Assembly (NCBI RefSeq): GCF_036321535.1
Contig: NC_087437.1
Location: 95,420,001-95,484,000 of the forward strand
Origin: Camelus dromedarius
Taxonomy: Eukaryota
Direction of reading: 5' to 3'
DNA: 64,000 nt
Shown here one piece after another: positions 52,760 through 64,000 of the stretch. A program made the position numbers and the translations under genes. A model generated the notes under the pieces. It was not told where the DNA came from, ran no database searches, and saw only the letters and a list, made by a program, of their open reading frames with translations. The first letter of the stretch is position 1; every line of letters begins with the position of its first letter.

Positions 52760-52950
52760 TCCCGCCTGTGTTTCAAAGCAGTTCTTTGAACAGCTTGAAA
52801 TCATTAGGGAGGGAGGGGTGGCAAAAAGTGGAGCTTCAAAGACCTTGCCCAGCTGAAACAATAACACCACACTCAGAACTAACAAATCAACAGGGAAGAT
52901 GCTGCAAGCAAGGTCAAAGCTTACAATAAGGTCATTTACTTTTTCAAGGT
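52760..52950. promoter_or_regulatory. Candidate enhancer with TCF/LEF, NR5A/ERR and SOX motif cluster
   Basis: TTCAAAG 52772, CTTTGAA 52784, TTCAAAG 52835; CAAGGTCA 52909; AACAAT 52857; not in a recognisable repeat. Confidence 0.35.
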
Positions 52951-53607
52951 TGTAGAGGCCCATTTGCTGTCCTACAGCAATGCTTCAACCAAGCATAACT
53001 AGGAGGAAAAAAATAATTTGAAATATCATCTGCCCTGAAGATGTCACTTATGGTTCAGTTAAATAAGAAAATGTCTAGGAAAAAATGGAGTGATTTGATT
53101 GTTTGATGATTGTTGAGTCTAGCCTGCAATCAATTCCATTCAGGCTCTGAACTTTACAGTCTTGAATGGGGTTGATTGCAGTCCTGGTACAAAACATCCT
53201 TTTCCTATTACTTAATTAACAACATAAATATATATTTTCCCAGACAGGCATTTCCTGAGTTCAATAAGAAAATTTCTCTACTTGACCAGTGTCTATTTTT
53301 TTGAGAGATTTGATGTCTCCTGTAATGCCATGTGCTTTGGCAAGGGATGAAACAGTGATTATGTGCATGCTCTAATATCCGATTGCCTGCATTTACATAC
53401 AAAATTTGCCACAAACAGTGCAAGTTTGGCAAATTAATCTGGGAATGCTTCCTTTCCTTCTTCTGTAAAGTGGAGCTAGCATTAACCACTATCTAACTAA
53501 CCACCCCTTAGTTGTTGTGAAGATTAAGTGAGGTACTTATTTCATACATGTAAAATTGTTGAAAAATTACTTGTTACATTGTAGGTGCTCAGTAGAGGTT
53601 AGCCATT

Positions 53608-54362
53608 TGTGCTAGTCAGTGTTCTCCACAAAAACAGAACCAACAGAATGTGTATGTATTTTATTTTAAAGAATTGGCTCACACACTTGGCAAGACTTGG
53701 TAACTCTTAAGTCTGCAGTGTAGGCCAGTAGGCTGAAGACCCAAATAAGAGTTGGAGTTTGAGTCCAGAAGCAGTCTCCTGGTAGAATTCATTCTCACTC
53801 AAGGAAAGTCAGTCTTTGCTCCACTAAGGTCTTCCACTGTTTGTATGAGGTCTTCTATACGCACATTATAGAAGATGTTACAGACGGAATATTTGTGTCC
53901 CCCCTAAATTCACATGCTGGAATCCTAATTCCTACTGTGATGGTATTAGGAGATAGGGCCTTTCAGAAGTGATTGGGTCATGGGGTGGCGCCCTCATGGA
54001 TGGGATTAGTGACCTTCAAGGAAGAGAAGTGAAAGTTTGTTTTCTTGTTCTCTGCTCTCTGCCTTATGAGAAGTTGGCAGTCTGCAACTGGAGAAGGGTC
54101 TTCACCAGAAACCTGTCATACTGGTACCCTGATCTTGGACTTCTAACTTCCAGAATTGTGAGAAATACGTTTCTGTTGTTTACCAGCCACTTACTCTGTG
54201 GTATTCTGTTACAGCTGCCTGAATTGACTAGAATGAGAATAATTTGCTCAAAGTTCACTGATTTAAATGTTAATCTCATCTAAAAACACCTTCACAGAAA
54301 CATTCAGAAAAATGTTTGACCAGATGTCTGGACATCATTGATACATATAATTAACCATCACA
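53608..54362 (-). mobile_element. ERVL MLT2-type solo LTR with a nested MaLR
   Basis: gttctccacaaaaacagaaccaa start; aattaaccatcaca end; perfect 5-bp TSD CCATT. Confidence 0.9.
53876..54234 (+). mobile_element. MaLR LTR (MLT1A0-like) inserted in MLT2
   Basis: gaatatttgtgtcccccctaaattcacatg...gatcttggacttc...ccagaattgtgagaaatac. Confidence 0.9.
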
Positions 54363-55479
54363 CCATTGCTATCAATATAGAACCTCAATGTCAATATTTC
54401 ATCTCAATCTGAATAATCTAATGGTGAATAAGTAAGACTTGCCAGAGAGGACCTAGACCTATGCCCATGTTTTACCTGTCCCAACCTTAGCTTTCCATCA
54501 TGTGAGTGAGCAAGAGATGGGTCAGTTTGAATGGAATGAATTTGGTAGCTTTCAGTACTACCTCGGGGTAAAATCGACAGACAATTGTTAAATATAAAAT
54601 ACCAGATAATAATAAAGGCTCACCTCTGTCAAATCAAACTTCCATGGCATTTTACTATTCTCTCTACTAGATCGAAATTTCTTGCCATTTGCCTCATAAA
54701 TGGTAAGACAAGTGGGTAGAATTATTTCTGAAAAAGGTTTTTTGAAATGTGTATGCTTTTCTGAAAGAAGTGGAGATGGCCCTTAAATTGCTTCTTTAGG
54801 TCTCTTTATCTTTAGTGTCTTAATTTGCAGTTTTCTGCCATTATTTTTATCTATTATGAGATAATATTATTTCATTTATCTGCCAGTGTTTTCAATTATC
54901 CAAGTTTCTGTTTAGAATGCTTATTTCCCCCAGAGAATTAATTTATTCCCATGGCTTCATTGCTAGCCAGCGTACTCCTTTGACAACCTCCTTTGATCCC
55001 GGCAAGCACTGGGGTAGGGGGAACATGGACCCATTCTGTTCCTCAGAAAACCTCACATTTTGGAGTGACTTTCTTAAAATCTGTAAATTTCCCTCCCTCC
55101 AATGACTGGGCCAGCTGTGGGCAATGATGTCTTCTGGGGCGGTGGACCTGTTTGATCTCTGGTCCCTATTTCTCCTTTTTGGGGTTCTGTCTGACCCTTT
55201 ACCCTTCATGGTGATCAGATGCCCCCTAGGAGCTTCAGGAGTTTGCCCCTGGTTCAGGAAAGGTGGCCTAGACAGCACGTTGCTCCTATTTGTCGGCAAG
55301 ATATAATTCTTTTCAGGAATAGTATGAGATTGGGCAGTCAGAATGGGGATGGCATGATTTTTGGTGATTTAAAATTTTTATATGGAGTTCCCCAACCCCT
55401 AAATATTTACCAGGAAGAGGTCCTGCATACAATGACTTACAAGATGGTCATGAAAGCATAAAACTGGATCTTTAAAAGT

Positions 55480-55900
55480 ATCCCTTCAGAAGTGGGCATT
55501 TTTACTCATTCTTGGTGGGAATATATATTGATGTAGGTTTTGGGGGAAGGTAAAATGGTAGTATCTGTGAAATTTTAAATTCATGTTGTTTGGCCTAGAA
55601 ATACAACTTCTAAGAATTTATTTTACAAACACATAATTGTGCAAAGATTAATGTACATGAATGATTATCAAATACTAATTATAATAGCATGAAATTAGAA
55701 GCCATCAATTGTAAAAGTCACATAAATGTATATATATACATTTTATGGAGTATTAGGCACTCACTGGGAACAATGAGGCAGATTATACATACTGACACAG
55801 TAGGTATTTCAATTTATAGTTTTAAATAAAGAAGAAAAAAGTTGCTAAACCTTTGGAAAGATATTCAGTAAAATGATTAAGAAGTACTTCCAGAAAGTGT
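55480..55900 (+). mobile_element. Old L1 (L1ME-like) 3' fragment
   Basis: cattcttggtgggaatata...cttctaagaattta...tttataatagc. Confidence 0.6.
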
Positions 55901-56049
55901 GATTAAAACTTCAGTAATGGGCAATTTTACCAAAAATTTCTATCCTTTCATTCTTCTAATAAACAAAAATGATCAAAAAAGCATAACATGCAAATGGAAT
56001 GATCAAGCACATGTTTATGAATTCTGACTCAGATTTCACACTCTGTAGT

Positions 56050-56280
56050 GAATTGGGTCAGTCCAGGGGATATGAAACTAGATTTAAATCCTGGTTTTGT
56101 CACTTACTAGTTGTGTGGCCTTCGACAACTTTTGTTAAATTCTCCTCATCTGTAAAATGAGAAAAGTAACACTCACATCGTAGAAGTTCTGTGAACATTA
56201 CATGAAATGAAACCAGTAATGTTCTTGTTTCAGACCCAGGCTCATAGTAGGAACATCCAGGATTTTTAAACTATTACTCA
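56050..56280 (+). mobile_element. MIR SINE
   Basis: tttaaatcctggttttgtcacttactagttgtgtggcctt...cctcatctgtaaaatg. Confidence 0.85.
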
Positions 56281-57039
56281 TGGCTTCTTATGTCCTGGCA
56301 GCCACCCTAATATATATGTCACCAGAACTTCTGAGTCCAGACTACAGCAGAAGTGTATACTCACTTATATGTCTCATTAACACCTCATAAAATGCATTCG
56401 AGACAATTTATTATCTTTTAAAACTATGGATTACTTTTGAGACAAAATTTTCCTTCCGATTGCGGAAGTCATAGGTAATATTGATTGAATATGAATGTCT
56501 TTTCATTCCAGTTTACCTATCATTTTTCCAATGTTTGCTGTGCTTTCATGTACAATACCACAGTCTTTGGACATTAATATGGTAGAAACACAGTGCATTC
56601 AAATAGGCAGGTCAATGTTAAAGAGTATGGTTTCTTAAACAAATTACAGTACTGTGTAATCAATGCCTTAATAAAAAATAAAAGATTATATGGTATAAAC
56701 AGCAAGCTGATAACTGCCCTTTCAAGAGATTGGAATGTTTCCAAAGTCAGAAAAATTCAAGCGTGTGGTCAATTCCAGCAAATGTGTCACATCTTAAGTG
56801 ATAGGAGAACTAAAAATTTATATTATTCAAACAGTGAAAATGAAAGGCAAAATTTTCACTGAGAATAGTGAATAAGTGGCAAAAAATTAAGAAAGCAGAT
56901 ATAAAAATTTCCAAGAAGTAGCATCATGAATCTGGGAGTTTTGGGATGGATTTTGGAGTCAAATATGTCTTTGGAAATTTTTGCAAAATCACTTCATAAA
57001 TACCTATTTTCTCTGAAACCCTGTTCAAAATCATTAATT

Positions 57040-57170
57040 TCTCAGAGACTCAGTTTCTTCATATGTAAATTGGAGTGATTAATAAAATTTATCTGGTTAT
57101 TGTAAGAATTAGATATAACGAATGAAGTGTCCAGCCCTGATTCTGGCACATAGCGGACTCTCAATACAAA
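57040..57170 (+). mobile_element. MIR SINE fragment
   Basis: ctcagtttcttcatatgtaaattgg...ctggcacatag...ctcaata. Confidence 0.75.
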
Positions 57171-57374
57171 TAAAACTGTCTCTTATCTTCCTTTTTCAAG
57201 AATTGGGCAATAAATACAAAAGAAATGGGACAACTTAATGAAAAAGGAAGGATTAAGGACATGTTTTTCTTTTTAATTTTGTTTTTCCAAAGATGGAAAA
57301 TCTTCCTTGTAGTTAAGGGGAATAAACCAAAGGAGAAATAGACTATAGGAGAAGGAAAGGGTTGTATATTTTAG

Positions 57375-57580
57375 ATCAGTTCTGTTGAATAGAAGTAAAC
57401 TGAAAACCACAAATGCAAGCCACATATGTTAATGGCTACATTAAAAGTAAAAAAGGAAAGAGTGACATTAAATTTTATAGTCTAGTTTACTTAACTCAGT
57501 ATATCTAACCTAGTATCATTTCAACATATAATCAATATGAAAGTTACTAGTGAGATATTTTAAATTATTTCATGTAAAGC
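57375..57580. mobile_element. MER3/MER33-like hAT MITE fragment
   Basis: aatgcaagccacatatgt...taactcagtatatc...atcatttcaacatataatcaatat. Confidence 0.7.
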
Positions 57581-58629
57581 ACTTAGCTCATGTAAGAAGA
57601 GCTCAATAAATCTAGCCATTATTATTATAATCTTCCTAAATAAATTGTAAGCTCTGTGAAAGTCGGTATCATGCCCCTTCAATATCTCTCTTAGGCACAC
57701 TTTATTTTCAATTCTCACTAACAGTATATGAGTTACTTCTGTCCTGCATTATTGTGACAGCTTCCTTACTGGTATTCTCCCTGCTTCTAGGTTGATCTTT
57801 TCCATGCTTCACTTAGGTTTATCTCCCTAAACCCAAGTGCAATCATATTAATCATCGCTTGAAACTTTTCAGTAGCTCCCCAGTGCTGTAAGAAAACCCA
57901 TAAACTTTTTGTGGTTTTGATTTATGTTGTTTTACTCTTTATTTCCTCAGTCCTTCTCCTGATTTCAGTGGGGACTGAACTGCTCCATACACCATTGCTG
58001 CAGGGAAGGCACTTGGCTGGGGAGAAAGCAGAGGTAGTCTGCAAGACTTTCTAGTTCTTTTTTAAATGCTGAATCTTGAGGAGATTTCAGGTCATTTTCA
58101 TGGACCTAAAATGTGGAAAGGGATTTGAAGTTATAACCAGAGTGTCTTTGAAAAGCAAGACTGAGAAGGGAGATCTTCTCCCTGACTAGAAAGACTCGGA
58201 CTACAGGATGCGAGAGAAGGAAGAGAATCTGTGGGTCCAGAGATGACAGTAACCTTGTTTCAGAAATAGACTGGAAACACTTCTGATATTCATACATAAG
58301 GGCAGTGCCTCGCAACCATTCTGTTGTCCTACAGAGAGACACAGAACGGGCAGCGTTCACTCTGACAACCTGTTTTGCGTGTCCTAGTGCTTAACTTTGG
58401 TTTCCAGTGTGCAAGCTGTTACTCTACTTCTTTCTCTCCTGTTTGCTCAATAAAACTTATGCTGGAATGCAAGAAATGGAGGATGACCACTTTGTAGAAA
58501 TTACTTTACTTTTGCTCTAATTATTTTCTCATAACTATTTGCCAAGCTTGGTATTGTATTATCAGTAACAAATTATGTGTTCAGAATCTTCAGAATTTCA
58601 CAGTGGAGCTCTGCATTAGGAAATTAGTG

Positions 58630-58780
58630 CTAAAGCAGTGTTTCTTACACCACTGTACATGTAAATTACCAGGAGGAACATCTACACTCCAGATTCTAAT
58701 TCAGTAGGCCTAAAATTCTGCATTTTTAATAAGCTTCCAGGTAATGTTAACACTAGTGATTTTGCAGCAAAATATTAAGG
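58630..58780. mobile_element. MER5A-like MITE
   Basis: gcagtgtttctta...agattctaattcagtagg...ttctgcatttttaataagcttccaggt. Confidence 0.7.
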
Positions 58781-58949
58781 TAAACACTCAGGTATAGTCA
58801 TAAGAAGATGGGCCAGTGAGGCAAAGTGCCCCATATCTGTAGCAAACTCAGGAAGATTTCTCTTAAAGCCTCATGGAGGGTCTAAGAATAAAGCAAGCTT
58901 TCAGTGTCCAGGTGGGCATTGGAATTCAAAGCTAACAAACCATTGTATT

Positions 58950-59180
58950 TCTTTAGCAAGCATGTAGTGCTTGTCATATACCTGGAATTGTTCTATGTGC
59001 TTTCAGATACTAACTTATTTTAGCCTCCTAACAGGCCTGAGAAGTAGGTTCTATTATTTTTATTCTTCTCATTTTATTGACTAAGAAATTGAAAAGCATC
59101 ACAGTCCGTGAACGAGCAGGCTGGGGTTGCACCCAGGCAGAAGGCTCCAAGATCCTGCTCTTACCCACAATGCCATGCTA
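58950..59180 (-). mobile_element. MIR SINE
   Basis: ttgttctatgtgcttt...cctcctaacaggcctgagaagtagg...cattttattgactaagaaattga. Confidence 0.75.
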
Positions 59181-59438
59181 CTTTTCTGACCCAGGAGATG
59201 AAGCTGATCACAAGCATGGACCTAATGAATTAACTAGAAGGCAGGGGATGGAGCTGTTATGTTACTAAGATTATCAGGCCTGCTTGTCGGAGCAAACGTT
59301 AAACAGTTTCATGAAAATCTTAATCTAAACTGGCCCACTTAATCTGGGTGAGTGACTGAGGTCCATTCCTTCTAGATAGTGAGAGATACTTGATAGAAGT
59401 CTATTGTGTTATGTAACCAAGATAGGACTGAATTTAAC

Positions 59439-59461
59439 TGTGTGTGTGTGTGTGTGTGTGT
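59439..59461. repeat. (TG)n microsatellite
   Basis: Read directly from the sequence. Confidence 0.9.
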
Positions 59462-61002
59462 AAGTCTGAGAGTATGGATGGGGACTAGATATTAAGGGAT
59501 AACATTTGGAATATCTGGGAAAGACAAAGGCAAAAATTAGGCAAGGGTTAATTTTTCAGAATTTCTGTGATACAGCATCTCATCAAAATTTTATAGCTCC
59601 CTTACAGAGACTGAAAGTTTTTGTCACTAGCCTTAGGTTGCAAAATAAGTGAAGGTCAAAACTAGGTACACCCTCAGGAGTGTCAGTTTTATATTTAGCT
59701 TCTTTGAAAAGAATCATTAGAATATTCAACCCTAAAGATCCCTGCTGTTAACATCTATCCACTTAAAATCATCATAATCAGAATGACAAGGGATTAAGCA
59801 TTTAATAATGTTCATATACATTTCGGATTGTCCCAACCAAATTAATGACTAATTCTGAGACTCTGGTAGTGGGCCCTGGAAGAGATTTTTGAGACAGTGC
59901 ATCAAACTTCAAAGCGAGCTTCAACTTTGACACAGTAGGCTTCAGGCCAGCAGGACAGAACTGCCTGGGGACAGTGGCCTCCCAAGTCCCCTAGAAGGGA
60001 GGAAATTTGCATTCACATTGTGTGTATTTGTTTCTGGCTAGAAAATTTAGGTTCTTAAATCCTTCACTAGCTTTCCCAGAAAAGTTGTATAATAGGAGAT
60101 GAGAATGAATTTGAAGAAACCAAAGGGGAGATAAGTAATGCCCAGGCTCCTAAGAGTGGTTACTTTGATCAATTTTCCAGACTCTTAAGACTGACACTTT
60201 CACACAAGTGTGTTTAGAAGTTTCCATTTCTATTAGTTTAGGCTAATTTTTGCCACATTTTGATCTTTCTTTTCTGGAGCATCTTTTGTGACTAAATGTT
60301 AAGTAGCTGCTGGCCCTGTTCCTGCATTTGCTGAGTTGATTCAGCTCTCCCACAGGGCTGTCTGGCTTTGATTGGCAGTCACAGGGGACAGTGCTGCATG
60401 AGACTGTAAAGGCTGGCATGGTGGCGATTTATTATTTCTGATGACTAATTATAGGGAGGTTTGTGTTTCATGGGTGTTCTGATGGGTGACTTTTGTAGAG
60501 CTATCACCTTACTGAAATACTTCAATACTTCAACTTTTGTCAACACTTAAAGGTATTAGTTTCTCTGTGGGTTAAGGAAGATAAGGAAGCAGAAAATGTT
60601 TATGTGGTCAATTTCATGATTTCCTAGAGAGACATAAAGAAGGTTTAGAAGGAAGACAACTGATCTCAAGATTTGAAGGATTAAAACCAAGCCCAAGGAA
60701 AGGTTTCTTAGGCATCAGAAGGTGCTTATTTGGAGGAAGTTGGTAGAAAGCATATATCCTAAGAATGCAATGTAATTATTTTATCTTGATTTTATTAAAT
60801 ACCTTAAAATACTATGCGCCTGGAATTTAACATTGTCTCAAAGGCTCATAAATAAAACTTATTTCCTCAAACACAAGATTTTTTTTAAAAAAGACCTGTA
60901 GTAGGCCTATTTTAAAGAATGGGTTCACTGCTAACCAACATAAATTATGTGTAACATTTGTTTAAAGAAAATGGCTTGAATGAAGCATAACATTCATCTA
61001 AT

Positions 61003-61470
61003 TTGATTAGCAGATTTTTTTTTTTTTTTTTTTGCTATAGCAACAACTCCAAAGTCACAGTGCTTATAACAACAAATATTTATTTACTACTCAGGTTTCA
61101 TGAAAACCAAGAGTCAGCTACAACACTGCTGGGTTCTCCTGGTCTAGGAAGGCCTTGGCTGGACTTGGATCCATATGGCTTTTGTTCCAGAACTCATGGT
61201 GAAGGGGCAGCTGTTATCTGGGTTATCATGCTCTTTTTTTTTGCAGCAGAGGACAGAAGTTCAGGGGGGTAAAACCAAATCATAAAAATACATTTAAAAT
61301 TTCTGCTTGAAAATAGTCTTAAGTCCCACCCACTCATGTGTCATTGACCAAAGTCATATGATCAATCCCAAAGTCAGTGAAGTAGCCAAGTATATTCCAA
61401 CCATAAAGAAGCATGATAAAGTCGGGGATGAAACAAATAATTGTGAACAAGTAACACCATCTACCACAAT
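61003..61470 (-). mobile_element. MaLR LTR (MLT1I/J-like)
   Basis: tcacagtgcttataacaacaaatatttattt...cattgaccaaagtcatatg...cccaaagtcagtg. Confidence 0.7.
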
Positions 61471-62914
61471 GACCCAAAACTTTGAAGTGGCAAATTCAAC
61501 TTTAGAAATTAAACAACAGGAGGAAAATTTGAGGGAAATAGCATAAGTGGGATAACTATGAGAGAGGTATATTTAGCTTTGTAAATTGTGAGGAATACTT
61601 GTGCTCTCTAGACTGTGCTGGATTGACTAAGAAACTCTCAGTTTAGGACTTGGCAGCCCCTGATATATACCTTTTCCCCTGCACTTAGCAGAACTTATAG
61701 TGGAGAGTAATTTGGAGAATAAATTATCACCTACTCATCCCTTATTAAGAGCCAGGCTTTGTGCTAAAATCCAGGAACCTCATGAAGCCATCCATGGATT
61801 CTCTTTCTACATGAAACTTAGATTATGAAAAGCATATTTGGTACAGGCTTACTTAATTCCTAAACTCTGGAGTTAACTTTCACTGGATGGCCGTTCAATC
61901 TTTTCTTTTGATCAGACTGAAAATACCAAGCAGAATTCTTGACTTAAAGTATTGCCCCAGAAATGCCTGCTAGGCTACCCTGTATATTCTAAAAATATAT
62001 GAATGTAGGATGGTGAAGAGATTTTGGAGGCCAGGTATGAAATATCCAACATCTACAGATGAAAAGTACTAGATGTAGAAGAATGGATGTGTCTTCTCCA
62101 TAGAAAGAGAGATTAAGGATGAATCTTGAGAAATTCTAATTGAAGAAATGGTGGAAACTTGGGTTTACTATTTACTGCCAAATAATCAGTTTATTAAAAA
62201 AAATGCAAACAAGTTTCCCTGTTCCCAAGCTACATGCAATTTCCCATCCCTCTCCTCTTTCTTTCTTGAAAAATCCTGTTTTTACCTTTTTTTCCTTGAC
62301 TCAGTCTACCAGCTGATTCCCTCACATGTGAGTAAGTTATTTGCCTGCAAATTACCTAAACAGCCTGCAAAATTGCTCATTAAATGTCTCTGAGCTGTTC
62401 TTGAATATTCTGAGAAGGTGAGCTGTTAATGATTTTCGAGACTGCACATGAGGCTGTGGGCAGGCAATGATAGAAGAGGCTGCAAAGACAGGCCTGGCCA
62501 GATGGTGAAGGCTTGTGTGTTAGACTAGGGAATTTGAAATTCATCTGATCATCTGTATGGAAAAATTGAAACACTTAAAAAAGCAGAATCATGATCAGAA
62601 CTGTTCTTTAAAATTACTTAATTAATTCAGTATCTACTTGCTGAGCATCCATACACTGCCAGGATGTGTGCTAAGCAGTGATGGCCAGGCATTTGTGGTG
62701 TCTGTTGTCCAGAGGCTAAAAGCTGGTGTGGAGCTAGCCCACCAAAAAGTGCACAAATCACTAAAGATTAGTTATAAACCATGTGAAGTCTTGGGAAGGA
62801 AACACATCTAAAGGAGGTATGAAAGATAGATCAGAGGGAAATGATATCAGGAAAGAGGCAACTGCATCAGTCTGGGTAAAAAAATGAGGTGCTGAATTTT
62901 AAAAAAGGTCTCAT

Positions 62915-63340
62915 TATTGAGAATGCTTTTTACCTAAAGATACAGAAATTCCAAGCCAGCAGCTTTTAAAATAAGGAGGTTTATTGTCTCACACAAATAA
63001 ATCCATAAGAAAAAGTCCAGTGTTGTTAATTTAGCAGCCTATCTCAGATGTGATTGAGCACTCAGATGATTACCGTATCTCTTTTTGGATCTCCTAACTA
63101 TGAGGCATTTATCCTGAGGCTTGTCCCCTTGTGGATCAGACAGCTACACGAGCTCTTAAGTATCACAGCATTGCACACCATCCAGAGGACAGAAGGGTGT
63201 CCCTCTGTTTTTCCCCTTTTTATGAGGGTAAGTTTGCCAGATGTCTTCTGACAGACTCTTTCTCATATCTAACTAGCCAGAATTCTGTCAGATAGCCATT
63301 CCTGCACGAATCATTGGTGAGGGTTAAGGAAATACTCTGA
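62915..63340 (-). mobile_element. Old MaLR LTR (MLT1K/L-like)
   Basis: ggaggtttattgtctcacac...aactagccagaattctgtcagatagccattcct. Confidence 0.6.
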
Positions 63341-63344
63341 TTGG

Positions 63345-63542
63345 TACCTGTGCTGTCTAATAAGGTAGCCATTAGTTACGTGTATCTATTTAACTTTGAT
63401 ATAATTAAATACAACTAAGAATTCATTACATCACTGGCTCCAAGCACGATTTAAATGCATTATCATCAGTGGCTACCATGTTGAACAGTGCAGATTATAA
63501 GTCATTTCCATCACTGCAGAAAGTTCTATTGTGTAGTACTGG
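63345..63542. mobile_element. MER3/MER33-like hAT MITE
   Basis: tgctgtctaataaggtagccattagttac...catttccatcactgcagaaagttctattg. Confidence 0.75.
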
Positions 63543-63719
63543 TTTAGGTGTATCAGGACTCACATCGTTGGGACCAGAGAGACCCAGTCCTCCCTTGAAC
63601 ATATGCCCTTTGACATGAACAAAATCATGGTTCTCTTAAAAGGATCAAGGGAGTGAGGGAATGAGTATTAAGTGAAAAAACAACAGTGCTGCCAAAATTT
63701 TTGTGGGCTGAGAGAGACT

Positions 63720-64000
63720 GTGTGAGATGACTTCAGAGGCTTGAAGCAGCAGGTCTTGGAAACTGATGGACAAGGTGAGAAAGAGGAAGAAGTCTAGGAT
63801 GGCAGTGAGGTTTCTGGCTTGGGTGACTTGGTAGGTGCTGGTCCCATTCACTGAGAAAAGGAATGTAGAGGAGGAGTAGTTGTCAGGCGAAATGATAATG
63901 GAGTTTAGTCATGAGGAGTACAAGGTATACCTGTGGAAAAGAAAGATGAAAATTTCCAGTAGGCAGTGGGCAATCCGAGAAAGCAGTCATTTGAGTTTTC
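63720..64000 (-). mobile_element. L2 fragment
   Basis: aagtctaggatgg...aggtttctggcttggg...ccattcactgaga...gagtttag. Confidence 0.8.

Noticed and set aside
18468..60540. Short tandem duplications (about 18468, 24686, 27117, 34426, 35269, 60518) as a CRISPR-like or functional array
   Set aside because: They are isolated two-copy slippage events with unrelated units and no repeat-spacer periodicity.
4430..63340. Inferring a host-gene strand from TE orientation
   Set aside because: Larger L1s and most ERV1 LTRs are on minus, but MaLR LTRs and old L1s occur on both strands, so intronic versus intergenic cannot be decided.
1..64000. ORF-track entries of 60-152 aa as real host genes
   Set aside because: None resembles a protein I recognise apart from L1 ORF2 and ERV gag remnants. 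Many use non-ATG starts or lie in repeats, and the lengths are as expected by chance.

Overview
Mammalian (eutherian) non-coding DNA, AT-rich and dense in decayed transposable elements (MIR, L2, L1, MaLR, ERVL and ERV1 LTRs, hAT and Tigger MITEs, microsatellites). I recognise no intact protein-coding gene, RNA gene, CRISPR array or prokaryote-type system. The listed ORFs are short chance frames or TE remnants. The most structured region is 7.0-10.0 kb, a minus-strand, internally deleted ERV1 (gammaretrovirus-like) provirus. It has recognisable gag MA, integrase C-terminal and env TM-tail remnants, and a second solo LTR nested inside it with a 4-bp GTTA target-site duplication (TSD). Its 3' LTR has kept an unusually dense CpG cluster with GC-box, BANP-like and YY1 motifs, plus a perfect palindrome carrying AATAAA on both strands. 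A repeat-free segment near 52.8 kb has clustered TCF/LEF, NR5A/ERR and SOX motifs and is a candidate enhancer. Repeat content suggests a cetartiodactyl, possibly camelid, genome (inference). TE family names come from recalled consensus features, not a database search. Boundaries are approximate unless a TSD is quoted.
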